Shown piece by piece: positions 12,562 through 24,945 of a stretch of DNA of 64,000 nt. Every line of letters begins with the position of its first letter. The stretch's first letter is position 1. Origin of the DNA: Carcharhinus longimanus (lineage: Eukaryota); contig JASCQW010000162.1 in the NCBI GenBank assembly GCA_030264375.1, positions 91,686,612 to 91,750,611 of the forward strand, read 5' to 3'. The notes under the pieces were generated by a model. The model did no database searches. It was given only the letters and a program-made list of their open reading frames with translations, and was not told the origin of the DNA. A program made the translations under genes and the position numbers.

Positions 12562-13645
12562 GTTATGACCTGGTTTGGGACCAGTAATTTCCTTCATAAA
12601 GTAGCAATTTAAAACACAGTTTCTTATTAAGAGAACAAATCCAATATATTTCACGGATTTAAACAAAAATAAAACTACTGTACAAGAATCAACAAATTAA
12701 ACAGTAAATAATACCTATCTTTTCAAAGTTCCCAGAATTAGCATGAGGTAACGGTAAATTAATAGGCAGACTAGTCAAGTACACCAGCTGCACATTTAAA
12801 GCTGCAAATCCAACCAAGATAGATCCCCTGAATTTTCTTAGCAACTCAGCTAGACATCAGTGATTGTCGTGAGTCATAAAATTCTCTTAAGCTTTGTCTT
12901 CCTCATGAGGGATTTTAGGTCCTCCTTTAAGGATGTAGTCTCTGATTTCCCTTTGACAGCTGCTCCAACTCAGACTGTTGCAACAATTGCTCACTGCCCA
13001 ACACTTGATCTCTTTCTCTGAGTCCAAATCTCATGGGATTTACAAGGCTGCATCCCAACATCTAAGCACTGACATAATCTGAGCTCTTTCTGCACTGATC
13101 AGAACACCAACGCCCACAAGCTTTTCTTTGCCCCCAATTCTCAGCTTCATAGAGTAGACAATCACTAATTCCTGCAGGCGCTAAACAGACATCACTTCAG
13201 ATTTACTGAGCTGACACTGCTACCTGGCTGCACTGAGCTAATGGCAGTCACTGCTCTCAGCTTCACTGAACAATTACTTTCCATCAGCCTTGCACCCTCA
13301 CTGTCTCCACAACAGCTCTGAACCTCACTCAACTGCTTGCCTGCTGTTTTTCCAGCCTTGACTAATCTCATCAAATGCGTCCATTTTTGTGTCAAAATCC
13401 TGGCAGCTTGTTCATTCTTTTCATGCCATCTCCCCAAGTCCCATCAATGGAAACTGAACATACAGCACTGAAGCCAGACCCAGGATGGGTTGGGAATTGT
13501 AGTCCTTAGCCTTTACCCCAAAAACTCACCGACCCAAACTAAAAATAGATTGCCTCACAAGACAAAGCAATAATGGAATAAATCAATGTGAACCTGACAC
13601 TTAACATATGAAAAACACCTCAGTACCAAACAAAGGTTATGTAAC
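12562..13645 (-). mobile_element. Probable solo LTR
   Basis: gttatgacc... start and ...gtaac end; composition like Gypsy LTRs; no coding motif. Confidence 0.4.
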
Positions 13646-14531
13646 TGTGACAGCCTTTGACCTGGAATCAGTACAATAAGGAAAATGTGTTATTTCATAT
13701 ACCTATGGAATTTGTAATTGCTTCTGAGTATGCTTGAAGACAACTTCTAAGAGTTGGGATCAATTGTACCTTTGCTAGACAATAAGAAATAATGGTCTAT
13801 TTCACTTTGACTCTTGACCTGGAAGTAATATAAACAGGAATGAAGTAAAGATAGGGATACCATGTGTGGCTGACATTAAGGAGATTTACAAGCAGAGGAG
13901 CTAAAGTGTGAAGACAAAACAGACACAAACGGAAATAGGAACACAGAATTCTTGTGAGGAGATGATGCAAATCACTCTTGAGAGGAGGTCAGATTTTCTG
14001 TTTGGCACAAAAGGAGACAGTTTCTTGGAGCCAATGAGTAAACTGACTCTCAAGGTCTCAAACCTGGAAAACTGAATGAATGTAGTTCGGAAATATTAAA
14101 GAGCTAGATGTTTTATCAGAAGTGGCCAAACTGTCAACAAAGGTGTTATAAGATTCATGGAAGTGAGCTTTGCTGAGACTCTTGAAAATTGAAGGTGTAA
14201 GATGTTTTTGGATAGGGCTCCTGACCAATCCTCCCTGAATAAGAACAGTATATCGTGGAACTGTGTATCTACATGGTGCAATGTATCTTTGAGAAGTGAT
14301 AAGAATGTTACGGTTGCATAGGACATATTTTTGTTGTATCAGCTACCTAAAGTGAAAGTTACATTTTTATCTGAAGGGCTGTTTGCCTGCTGATAGATAT
14401 GCAATTTACTTTGGTTCTGATTCATAAACTAAGAGCTGTAGAAAGTGAAACCTTGTTTGATAACTTCTTTACGTGGGGTAGTTGAGTAAATTTGGTTATT
14501 TTGGTTTATGGTTTCTTCATGGAATGTAGCA
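13646..14531 (+). mobile_element. Probable solo LTR
   Basis: tgtgaca... start and ...ggaatgtagca end; U5-like T-rich end. Confidence 0.4.
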
Positions 14532-14901
14532 CGTTATTTGGCAAATGCGTACACAAGAGACAAAGAAAGTGATGCCTCAATATGAAAATCTTATTAAAGA
14601 GACAATTGAAATTACAAAATGCATTGTGTGATGAATGATTGTGGTGCAACGCTATAGTGAGAGTTCTAACTCTTAAAGTTCTAAGGGAATTTGAATACTT
14701 TTCAAAAATGTGTGCATGTATCTAGAAAGAGAACACTGAAGGTTAATGTAATCAGAACAACTATTCATCCGCATTTGTGCATTACTATTATTATAGTATT
14801 GGAAATGCATTATGGAATTTCAGAAAGTCAGTCCCAATGACCAGTTACACTGCAAGTTTACGGTCTATCTAGAAGATGAGAGGAAGTGTGCCTGGGCCCA
14901 G

Positions 14902-15226
14902 AGAATCATAGAAGCCCTACAGTGAAGAAGGAGGTCATTTAGCCCATCAAGTCTGCACCAACCACAATCCCACCCAGGCACTCTTCCCATAACCCCACAT
15001 ATTTACCCTCCAAATCCTCCAGACACTAGAGTCAACTTAACATGGCCAATCAACCCAATCTGCACATCTTCGGACTGCGGGAGGAAACCAGAACACCTGG
15101 AGGCAACCCACGCAGACACGGGGACAATGTGCAAACTCCACACAGACAGTGACCCGAGGCCAGAATTAAACCCGAGTCCCTGGCACTGTGAGGCAACAGC
15201 GCTAACCACTGTGTCACCATGCCGCC
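14902..15226 (-). mobile_element. HE1-type V-SINE
   Basis: tRNA-like head ggcggcatggtgacacagtggttagcgctgttgcctcacag, V-core tgtgtggagtttgca...gtgtctgcgtgggtt, CR1-like tail. Confidence 0.9.
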
Positions 15227-16555
15227 CTGCACTGTGTCACCATGCTGCCATGGGGAAGGGTAGAATAAGAGAAGGATTTATCCAATAGGATACATGAAGC
15301 TTGAAGAAAAGGGACGTGTAAGGGAACAGGGAAGTGGAGGAAGAGGGAAAAATGGAACCAGCTCGAAATATGAAGAAGGGAGAACCAGAAGCGGAGAAAC
15401 AAAAAGGAATGTGAGAAGTCTATTAATGGAAAGTTGAACTGAAAATGTCCATTAAGAAGAGGCAGAAGGGCATCAGAAAAGACTATCAGTGAGTTGATGA
15501 GGGAGAAAGCATTCAATCTTTAAAACTCATTTCAAGGATTGCAGTGTGTTCTCCAGCCATTGCTCCATTGGTATTCCACTCAAATTTCCTAAAAGATGTT
15601 TTCTGTGCTTCAGAAACACAAGGGGGATGAATAGTTCCAGAAATATTACCTGAATGTTTTTGTTGACAGTACTTTTCAATAATATTTCACCAATATGCCC
15701 GCTTCTGTGCTCTTGCTATAGCCATTAAATTGCAGGAAAAATAATGGGTATTACATGATACACACCATGATCACTGCATTAAAATCAATTTACGGAAAAG
15801 TAGAAATACGTCACAAGGTTTGAGCCAGCATGAAATGCTTTGCACTGATCCACTGTTTGCCTTGCTAAAACCAAGAAACTTAGCATCTTGCCACAAACCT
15901 CCCCAATATGTGTCGTTGGCTTTGTGCCATTAATATAAACAAATCTTAGCGCACCCTTTAGGCATGGTAAGTCATGTCATGTGGACCCTGTTAACACATG
16001 ATTTAAGGGCCTGATATTATGTTGAACCTTGGAGGCCTAAAATGGACAATTAAACAGAAACAGCAGGCAGTAAATTGTGTTAAGGGTTTTACATTTTCTT
16101 AATTTTTCCTGTCTGTCGTGTTTTTCTTCAGAATTAATGGCACTTGCCATGTGATGTGCCTGCCCAGCAACATCTGGACTTTTTAATTTGTGTGATCAAC
16201 AAAGAAAATGCAGATCCTTGTGAACAATCGTAAACTGCATGTCACTGTGATTTATTTTGCTTTCAATATTTCATGACCTCAAGGTTGGAATGTTCTTTCA
16301 GGGTCTCAAAATTCAAAATGTTATTGTCTTACAATTTGTACCCTGGGGTTTCCTCTATAAGTTTATGATCACATTTTATGAAGAATCAGTATAATTTTAT
16401 TTGGAACACTCATGCTAAATGGAATATCCAAAAGCTAGTCCTTTGATGAGGCACTTGTGTTTATTCAGATGGAGCAAGCTGAAGAGTTGAATTCTGAATT
16501 TCGATAGTTATTGCTTTCTTCTGCCACATGATTGTTTTCCTTTTTTTCCCCCTAG

Positions 16556-16706
16556 CATCAGCTCCTGATTTTTCAATGAGTCCCTTGAAGAAATTAATAC
16601 CTGTTCGCATGGGTAGTGAGGTCATCATTGAATGTAACCCAAAAGCTTCGCCAAGAGCAACCTTCACTTGGATGAAGGGAAATGAGATTCTGCAAGAAAA
16701 TGAAAG
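16556..16706 (+). CDS. CNTN3: Internal coding exon of a contactin (CNTN3/4/6 group; CNTN3 best guess), first half of Ig-like domain 5
   Basis: Polypyrimidine tract + TAG acceptor (AG at 16554-5) and AG|GTAA donor (GT at 16707-8). 151 nt, phase 1 to phase 2. Encodes ASAPDFSMSPLKKLIPVRMGSEVIIECNPKASPRATFTWMKGNEILQENER with Ig Cys and Trp, matching recalled contactin sequences. Paralog assignment uncertain. Confidence 0.88.
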
Positions 16707-16801
16707 GTAATATTTTGAATGCAATGTGTCTTATAATCCTAATAGCTGTTTGGATTGTGAAATTCCTCAAGTTGATGCAAAGAATGCTTAATTGGATTGA
16801 T

Positions 16802-17056
16802 ACAGTAAGAAGTCTCACAACACAAGGTTAAAGTCCAACAGATTTATTTGTTTGCACATTCCAACCATTATTTTATAAATTGAGTTTGTGTCTTTATATG
16901 ACCTGTTTGTGAATTGAACTCCCACTCACCTGATGAAGGGGCAGCACTCTGAAAGTTTGTGGCTGGTGCTATCAAATAAACCTGTTAGACTTTAACCTGG
17001 TGTTGTGAGACTTCTTACTGTGCTTACCCCAGTCCAACGCTGACATCTCCACATCA
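16802..17056 (+). mobile_element. Penelope-derived 3' fragment with inverted terminal arm
   Basis: 49-bp inverted repeat 16802-16850 / 16973-17021; 16851-16926 homologous to the reverse complement of PLE 9121-9195. Confidence 0.85.
16927..16961 (+). ncRNA. Degenerate minimal hammerhead ribozyme
   Basis: cac-CTGATGA-a-ggggc(agc)actct-GAAA-gt-TT-gtg; both core boxes intact, stem I cac/gtg, stem III palindrome damaged. Confidence 0.6.
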
Positions 17057-18341
17057 TGGGATTGATGATGGGGCTTGTTTTTGTAACTTGCCCTTTTTTG
17101 AACAAATTCTCCACTTGGTCCATTACAGTAAACATGAGACTACAAGGATGGTCTTGCTGACCAATTTAATTAGCATATATATGTGAACACTCCACTACTT
17201 CATAGCATGGTACAAACGGATGTACATTTTGTTCCATTGTATGTCACTGGATATTAATATCCATATTATGAAATAAAACTGATGACTTTGCAACAGAAAA
17301 ATGATCTATCTTCTATGTGCACTTATCAATTATTCCACATGGTAGTGTAGAGTGCATAATTGAGCATAGTGTTTCTTTGTGTTGGTGGAGCATTAGATTG
17401 TAAAATATAAATGGCAAGTTCAGAAGAATAGGTAATGGTTTAAATATTTTTTATTTGCTTGGGATTTTCCACACAGTTAGTGCTGGTGCTGCCTTCTGGA
17501 GGACTATCTTTTCTGATCTATTTTCCCCATTGGCTCCATTACGTTTTGGCAAGGAGTCCCTTGTGAGATACAAGATAGAAGCAAGCCAAGATGATAATAA
17601 AACAGTGAGCTGGTGATTGATTTAAGCTGTCATAAAACCACGTACTGTGGATGTGAAATTGCTTTTAGGCTGAATATGGATGATTAAGTACATTTTATCT
17701 TGTAATTAAAGAGCAAGTCAGGATTAAAGAGTGAGGAATGCAGAAATAGTAGCACTGCTTATTAAGAATAAATAATTTAGGTGGACAGAAGTTAAATAGA
17801 AAAGGGGTAGGGATGCTTGCTTATCTTATTTATTATATGTTTTTCTTTAATTGTCATGCCTGTTTCATTTGACTGTTTTGTGATCTTTATAGTATTTAGT
17901 TTTGTGCAGAATGCAATATCAGCAATTGCTGGGAATGGAAAAATCACATCACATGAGTCAAGATAAACAAATCCATCAGTTGTACACCATAAAATAAGCA
18001 ATTTTTTGGTTCAGCAAATTATTTAATATTATTTTATATTACTTGTGTTACATAAATTACTGATGTAATGGTTATGGGCAATTAAAATAATTCTTCCACA
18101 GTGAAGTAAGCATAATTCTTGCCTTAAATAATTAAAAAATCCATTCCTGGAGCTGAAAGTGAATAATAGATGAGATTACTGCAAAATATTATTTGTCTTA
18201 GTCAACTTGGCAGGTGACCAGGTAGTTCAGCTGGTGCAACACTTGACCTTACCAGGGTGTTGTGAGTCCTCCCACCCAAGGCTGTTTGTCAGTCAAGCTT
18301 GCTTGCTTTTAGTGGGTAAGTTGTATTTCTTCATGGCTGCA

Positions 18342-18433
18342 CCTCTAGGTGGAGCGTCAAGTGAAACAAAATTGTGCCATCTCAGGAGAAAATAAAATTG
18401 ATACAGTTCAACTTGCCCCACTCCCTCTTGTGG
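18342..18433. promoter_or_regulatory. Two convergent CTCF-like motifs
   Basis: CCTCTAGGTGGAGC (+, 18342-18355) and CCACAAGAGGGAGT (-, 18420-18433) vs consensus CCASYAGRKGGCRS. Confidence 0.4.
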
Positions 18434-19418
18434 CAGACGACCATAGTGTTGCAATGATCGAAGTCAAATAAACCACACTATTCCTTGCCTGAATAGAAGA
18501 TGCTATAGTCAAAGGTTGGGACTCAATAATATTTTCTTTCACTGTCAATTTTACTGCATTTTCTTGTTAAACTAGATGTTTAAAGACAATGCACAATGTT
18601 TTAACAGTTCACCACCACATTAATTTTATCTTGTTGGATAAAACAAGATGGTAGAAGTTTAAAAGATATAAAAGCAGATCATTCTACTTCCACGAGTATG
18701 TGTTCAAAGCACATCTACCAGTAGCATTGTTTTATGAATATTTCATTGTTAAGAATTAAGTTGATGCTTTTCCTGTTGAGCAAAAGATTCCAGTGTTGAA
18801 AAACAAATATTAAATGATCATTACTTTGTCAGTTTTCATTTCAAGGTCAATATAAAGTTATGCACACACTAAATGTCAGCCACGGTATTTCTTCAGGTGT
18901 AAAAATAATGAGATTGAAATTTCACTGTGTGATACTAGTGATCAAGACGTTGGTAAGGAATTCCTTCTTCCGCTCCTTTGAACAGGGTTAGGACCTTCAT
19001 TAAATTAGCAAGCAGAAATAATGCATTTGATTAGTTGTACCACCCAGTGTAATTCCAAGCTTGCTGTTTGTACAAGTAGAATATTTTTGCTATGTTCTGC
19101 AAATTTATTTAATTATTAACCTGCCAAACAAATACAAATTAATGAAGCCCAATGAAATAGCGAGCAAAATGCTTGGAAGTTGTGTTGCATCAAAAAAATC
19201 CTGAAACCAGGAATTGAATATTCATGAATATAATAAAAAGAAACACAATATGTTATTGCAAACAAAACTTTTAATAATAGATCCTATGTTGATATCAATA
19301 TTTGCTTGGTGTGCTGAGGAAATATTAACTTTTATTTCTGAAAATATGATGGAAAACGTTCACATCCTTAGTATAATGCATTTTGAGAGCGTATATACAA
19401 AAGGTAGTTAAAGACAGA

Positions 19419-19885
19419 GGGCATGATCTTACCGGCTTGCCATGCCAGTCGCTTGGCAAGGTGAGCTGGTAAGATAGGGTGAGGGACGAAAAATGAGCCG
19501 GGCTTCTCGCCTCTCTCGATCTTCCTGGCACTGTTTTGCCAGCAAAATCAGCCTCGCGTCCAGAAAGGGCAAGAGGTTGATTTCAATATTAATGACATGA
19601 GTTACATGTTGGGGGGTGGGGGGGGGGGGGGCGGTGTTGTGCAGTGCGGTGCGGTGCGGTGCAGTGCAGTACAGTAGCAGGAGACCTCCCAGAATACTAT
19701 GTATTTACAGGGAGATCAGGGCACCTGCAGACTGGCCTCTCTAGAACTCAGCAGCTGGCTTCACAGGCGAGCTGAGGCTGCTGTTATGCACAGTGTGCCG
19801 GAAATCCACATTGCTTACCTCGCTGAAAAAACCTACTATTTGTTTGCCCATTCAACACTTAGAATATTTTGAGAAAATTTTGCCC
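19419..19885. mobile_element. MITE-like non-autonomous DNA element (possibly PIF/Harbinger-derived)
   Basis: Imperfect TIRs gggcatgatcttacc / gagaaaattttgccc; 3-bp AGA on both sides; internal G-run and (GCRGT)n repeat. Confidence 0.55.
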
Positions 19886-21409
19886 AGAAACTTGTCAGAT
19901 CACTGGCATGTCCAAGGGAATTGAAAAGATTTGGCATTTGAAAACATCTAAATATTTCTAGGAATTAATATTTCAAAGCATTGCTTAATTTTATAATTTT
20001 CTGTGGGGGATGTTTGATGTATTGGTTGTTCTGTAGTAGTTTGTTTTCTTGACATGGCTGTCCAGTGATAACTTTTAATTATTAGCTTATTACTGATGCT
20101 TGTAATGAACTTTATGTAATTTCGCCCTGATTTATACACTTGAATAGTTAGTGCCAATTTTTTCCCCAAGGCAAAGGTACTCCATCAAAGATTATTAAGG
20201 GGCTCTGACATTGAAGTGGCCTGCTATTAGATTCAACAAAGAAATATATAAAATTCGAATTACAGGACGTGGGAGGAAAAAATCACTGTGGGAGTTTTGG
20301 CATAGTTTCCCATTGAGTAAATTATCATCTAAAGTTGCTTCTGAGTGTTAAATCTTAAATCGGTTGCAAAATTTCACTTATCACTATACGTCTATTGGAT
20401 TTATTCCGTTTTATCTCTGTGATCCCATTGCTGCTGCAATTTGCCGAGTGGAGAAATAGTGCAGAATGAGTAACCCATCTTCGTCCCTGGGACTTAGTCA
20501 TGTGTGCACTAAGAACAATATTGTGTCCCTATCTTGGTAATTTTTTTTACAATACAAGTTTTATAAGGCATTTTTTAAACTAAATTAATCTGACCAAAAT
20601 AACTAAAAATGTATATTTTCTGTTGATAAAATAGTCCTCGCTATGCATGCCTTGCAATCTTCAAACTTATTGGTGATGTGAATTCTAAAATGAAATGTCA
20701 AAGGGCTAAAACCTGGCATTTATTATTTACTTTGTTTCTACCTTGTAGCTGAGATTTTTCGATTCTGCTTATTGTTTATGTGCTCCGAATGAGTTTGACT
20801 TGTTCATACAGCTTCCAAAGATTAAAAAAAATCCCTGTATATTCACATAATAAGCAGTGGGAACAAAAATAAAAAGACCTTCAACCAAAGTGTATTGCAG
20901 AGGGTAAGGGGTGGAAGTAAAAAAAAATTAAAAGGCAAAATACTTATGAAAATCCAGTTTAGAAAACAAAAATTAAATTTTACATAAGCTGAATAAACTT
21001 ATTAAAAAGCTGTCCAGATGCATTCACTAGTTATTTTGATGCATTGCAGTCACTTTCCTATAAATACAATGAAAAATTATATTTTAGAACTGTCATAGAA
21101 TGCCTATTAATGCCATTGCATCTAAGAAGAGAAGTTTAATTTTCAGAATCTCTGGGAAAACCTCCAAGTGGGTACATTTAACAATGACTTGTCATGTTGA
21201 GTCATTCAGACTGAACGCATGGGCAATTTTGTCAGCAGGGCTGGCTTCCAAAGTGGTGTTTTATAACCTAACTCAAAAGATCACAGAAACGTAACTTGCA
21301 CAGGATGTAACTTGCGCTTGAAATTCCATGATCTATTGAAATTTTATGCTGATTAAACTAAATTAGCAGAAGTTGTACTCCATTTTTTTGAATACAAGCT
21401 TTGTTTGAA

Positions 21410-22060
21410 ACCTAACCTTGATCCCTCTTTGCTTACAAATAGGAGCCGCTTCTCCAGCTTCCTTTTCCTCACCAAAATTCTTGAAAGTGTTGTCACCTCC
21501 CAAATTTGTGTCTATCTTTTCCGCAACTCCATCTTTGAGACTCCTCAGTTGGGTTCCTGTGTCTGCCATAGCACTGAAAACAAAACCACATAACCACAAA
21601 AAAGATACTTTCTGGCTAAAACATTTCCTCCTCATCCTTCTTGACTTCTCTGCAACCTTTGACATATTTGATTTCACTATCCCTTTCCAAAGCACCCCCT
21701 TCATTGTCCAGCTGAGTGGAACTGTTCTCACCTGCTTTCATTCTTACTTGTTCTGGTTGCAACCAGCGAACCTGCAGTGATGGGTTATATTTCCAATCCC
21801 GCAAGTTTCCTACCTTATTTTTCAGCTTCATGTTGTCCCTTGGTGACAGCATTCACAGGCACAATGTTAGGTTCCAAACTTATACTGTGACATCCAGCTG
21901 TAACCTCAGAACTACTGTTTTGGCATTTTCACTGCCTGCATGTTGTCAGATTGTTGTTTCTGTTTTGTTCAACTTCCAGGTGAGCTGTGAATATTCTCAG
22001 GTAAATTATTGTGAAGTATGAAGCCATTGTATTTGAATGCTGCTGCAAACTCCATTTCCC
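21410..22060 (+). mobile_element. L2 LINE RT fragment
   Basis: LFLTKILESVVTSQICVYL...QLGSCVCHSTE and LLILLDFSATFD correspond to L2 LPFLSKILEK..QSGFR..HSTE and LLDLSAAFD. Confidence 0.8.
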
Positions 22061-22996
22061 TTGCATCTGTTCAGCGCCTGTTACCGTAAACCACAGTAAG
22101 AAAAATTACGGAGTTACCCCCAAATGAAGGAATTGGCAGCAAGATTTCACTTTTTATATATTTTGCTTTGACATGACTCAGAATCAACATAAGTTAAGCA
22201 TGAATTAACAGGCCAAGGTTACTTCAAATGAAAAGGTAAATTTCACTTCAAACACTCAGTACAATAAAGATACGCCTTAAGAAACCATAAATACCCACAT
22301 CACTCCCTGCAGAAATGTGGTGCACCATGCACAGCTGTTCCTCTAACATGGTCTCTTGGATATAGGATCTCTCACTTTCCCACTCAATCAATTTGGGCCT
22401 TGAGTCACATTCACTGGTAGCCGTATTTCATCCAAGGTCCCTGAACAGCATGCTCCTGCAGGACCTCCGCTTCATCACAATCTTGGTAGCACAGATTCCT
22501 CAGACACTCCTTTATCAGATCTCTTAAACAATTCCATCAAATGGTTAGATTGGCTGTGCCAACACTGAAGCAGCAGCAGTAAAATTTACAGTCCTGATTC
22601 TAACACAGCCTTAAACCTTATTTGCCATTTAACTGTATCATGTACACACAGCTCCTTGTACATAAATAGAGCGTATATTACCCTCATCTGTTGGTTGAAG
22701 TGTTAGAACATGAGATGGTCAGCAAGGAGCAAACAGAGAACTTTCCTTTTATGTTTAATGCTCCAAAAACAATGCAGTTAGGACCTCAGAAATTCTAGTC
22801 TCATGGGATTAATGTACAGAGACTGAGGCATAGATTTTTTCAGACTTGTAGAGACTGCACATCTAATCCAAAATAGTGCCAGAATTGCAAATCAGGAAGT
22901 CCTACCCTCATTTCTGACATATCCCAATTTCACCAAGAGGAAAATGGGGTCAGGGGGTGATTCAGATATGGTGGAAATCCAAACCTACTGGAGCCA

Positions 22997-24190
22997 TTTT
23001 TTTAAGAATAAGTCTTTATTGAAAGTTTTCTTTTTTACATTTATCACAAGATGCAATAAATTCCCACATTCTAATATAGTACAGGGTAATCATTATTCCA
23101 TATACATATATAGAAAAGACAATTGAAAGATGTGCTGGTTAGGTGCACTGACCATGCTAAATTCTCCCTCATTGTACCCAAACAGGCACCGGAGTGTAAC
23201 TACTGGCACATTTTCACAGTAACTTCATTGCAGTGATAATGTAAGCCTACTTATGACACTAATAAAAACTAAACTAAATAATAAAGAAACTAAATGATTC
23301 AAATTATCAATCATTGCTATCGTTGTAGTCAGCATCTCCCCTCATATGGATAAAGAAAAGGGTACCAGAAAGGGTAGGGGGATCTCAGGATAACAGGGCA
23401 AAATCATGAGCACATGGCCCCAAGGTGCATGTCTTCCTCCACAGGATTACAGAGACAGAGCTACACAATATCTCTTATAGAGTAATATGTAACCAACCAG
23501 GGTGTAACTTAGCAACCAAGGACCACCAAGCATTAAAAGAATATCTCTGTAAAAGGGGAACATCAGGATATTACCATTGGTACAAGAAGTGATGAGGCAG
23601 TGTACAGTTCCATGTACAGGAATCAGTAAACCAAAGATCTGTACATTTTGTCTAGGCTCACAACACTACAATCCTCCCTCCTTCCCAGCCATATCAAAGG
23701 CACCGATCAGGCTCCGCCTCACTGAAGTACTTAAACCATGTTCTTCCTAGAATAATCTTACTGAAAAGGAGGAGAAGAACTGTCAAGGCACCCATTAACA
23801 GGGTGTCTCGGACAGAGCTATGACCTTCCCCCTCTTGACAGAATAAGGAAAACCTCTAGGATTAACAATAACAAATCAGAGTTGAGATCAACTCCCTACT
23901 TATCTGGATAAAGGAAGGAATCTCCATTGAGAAAGGAGCATCAGGTTTATTCAGTAGATGCCAAGCATAGTGTTTCAGCATACACTTTTTTTGCAGAAAA
24001 GATACCAGGAACAGAATAGCATAACCTCACAAGGAACAGGATATCGATCCACCAAGGGAGACGAAACCTAGAAGACAGGTAGACTGGCAGATTCTGTATA
24101 GGACCATTTGGAGGAGCAATGTTCTCCTTTAACCAGCCTAATCTCCAACCAAAAAGAGACTCCAACAAGGTTGAACCAAAGTAAATGTGT
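22997..24190 (-). mobile_element. L1/Tx1-like LINE 3' remnant
   Basis: LFGWRLGWLKENIAPPNGPIQNLPVYL resembles L1 KMNILPRLLYxFQNLP; minus-strand AATAAA and A-tail near 23000. Confidence 0.55.
23127..23280 (+). mobile_element. V-SINE 3' fragment with alternative tail
   Basis: aaagatgtgctggttagg...ttttcacagtaacttcattgcagtg..aatgtaagcctactt..gacactaata; same family as 42648-42951. Confidence 0.8.
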
Positions 24191-24511
24191 GCGTCTGAGG
24201 CAGCAGTGCTAACCACAGTGCCAATTGTTATGAGTTGACATTAAGTTGACATTGCAGCTCTAATAATCCATTTGGGGTGAGTGGGGGATGGGGGAGGGAC
24301 ATGGGTTGGCATGGAGGATATGAAAAGGCATTTGGGGTAGATGAGGGCATGAATTGATATGGATGGGACATGGAGAATAGATGGGGGTGTGAGTGCAAGA
24401 TGGCCTAACATTCAACAACACAGCTGAAAGTCCTAGAGAACCAAGGTGGGCCTTCTTAAGCAGCCCAACAAGTGGGTGTGTTTCCAACTGATAAATAATT
24501 TTGTCCAGTGG

Positions 24512-24945
24512 TTTTCCCACCACTACATTGGTTGGTGTAGATTTGCCAAGTTTATCCCTCTCCCCTTTTTTGAACAGGGGTGTAATATTTGCAATCCTTT
24601 ATTCTCCTGACACCACTCCCGTATCCAATAAAGATTGAAAGGTTTTGGTTGAGCTTTTTGTATTTCCACCCGATCTCCAGCAATCTACGATGCATCCTTC
24701 CCCCAAGTATCCTGGATACTTTGGATTATGCCAATTGATTCTATATCTCATTTCATTTTTTTATCTTCTCTAATATCTACTTCACCCACTAATGACTGCA
24801 GCGTCAACTTAATTCTCTTAATTTTGTGAAAACAGATGCAATGTGTGCATTCAGTACTTCCATCATAAAGTCTGACCTCACGAGCAATATTCCTTTTTGT
24901 CCCTCATTAGGTCAACATTTCCTTTAACTTTTGTTTTACCTGAGA
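24512..24945 (-). mobile_element. CR1 ORF2 fragment (pre-RT region)
   Basis: Minus strand gives DCKYYTPVQK/ANITPLFKKG-type motif (gcaaatattacacccctgttcaaaaaaggg). Confidence 0.7.

Noticed and set aside
15160-15226. tRNA-like A/B boxes (also 3290, 36888, 42900)
   Set aside because: SINE heads continuing into SINE bodies; no cloverleaf
16528-16710. 60-aa ORF as a standalone secreted micro-protein
   Set aside because: The hydrophobic N-terminus is the translated polypyrimidine tract and the stop lies in the GTAA donor; it is an internal exon
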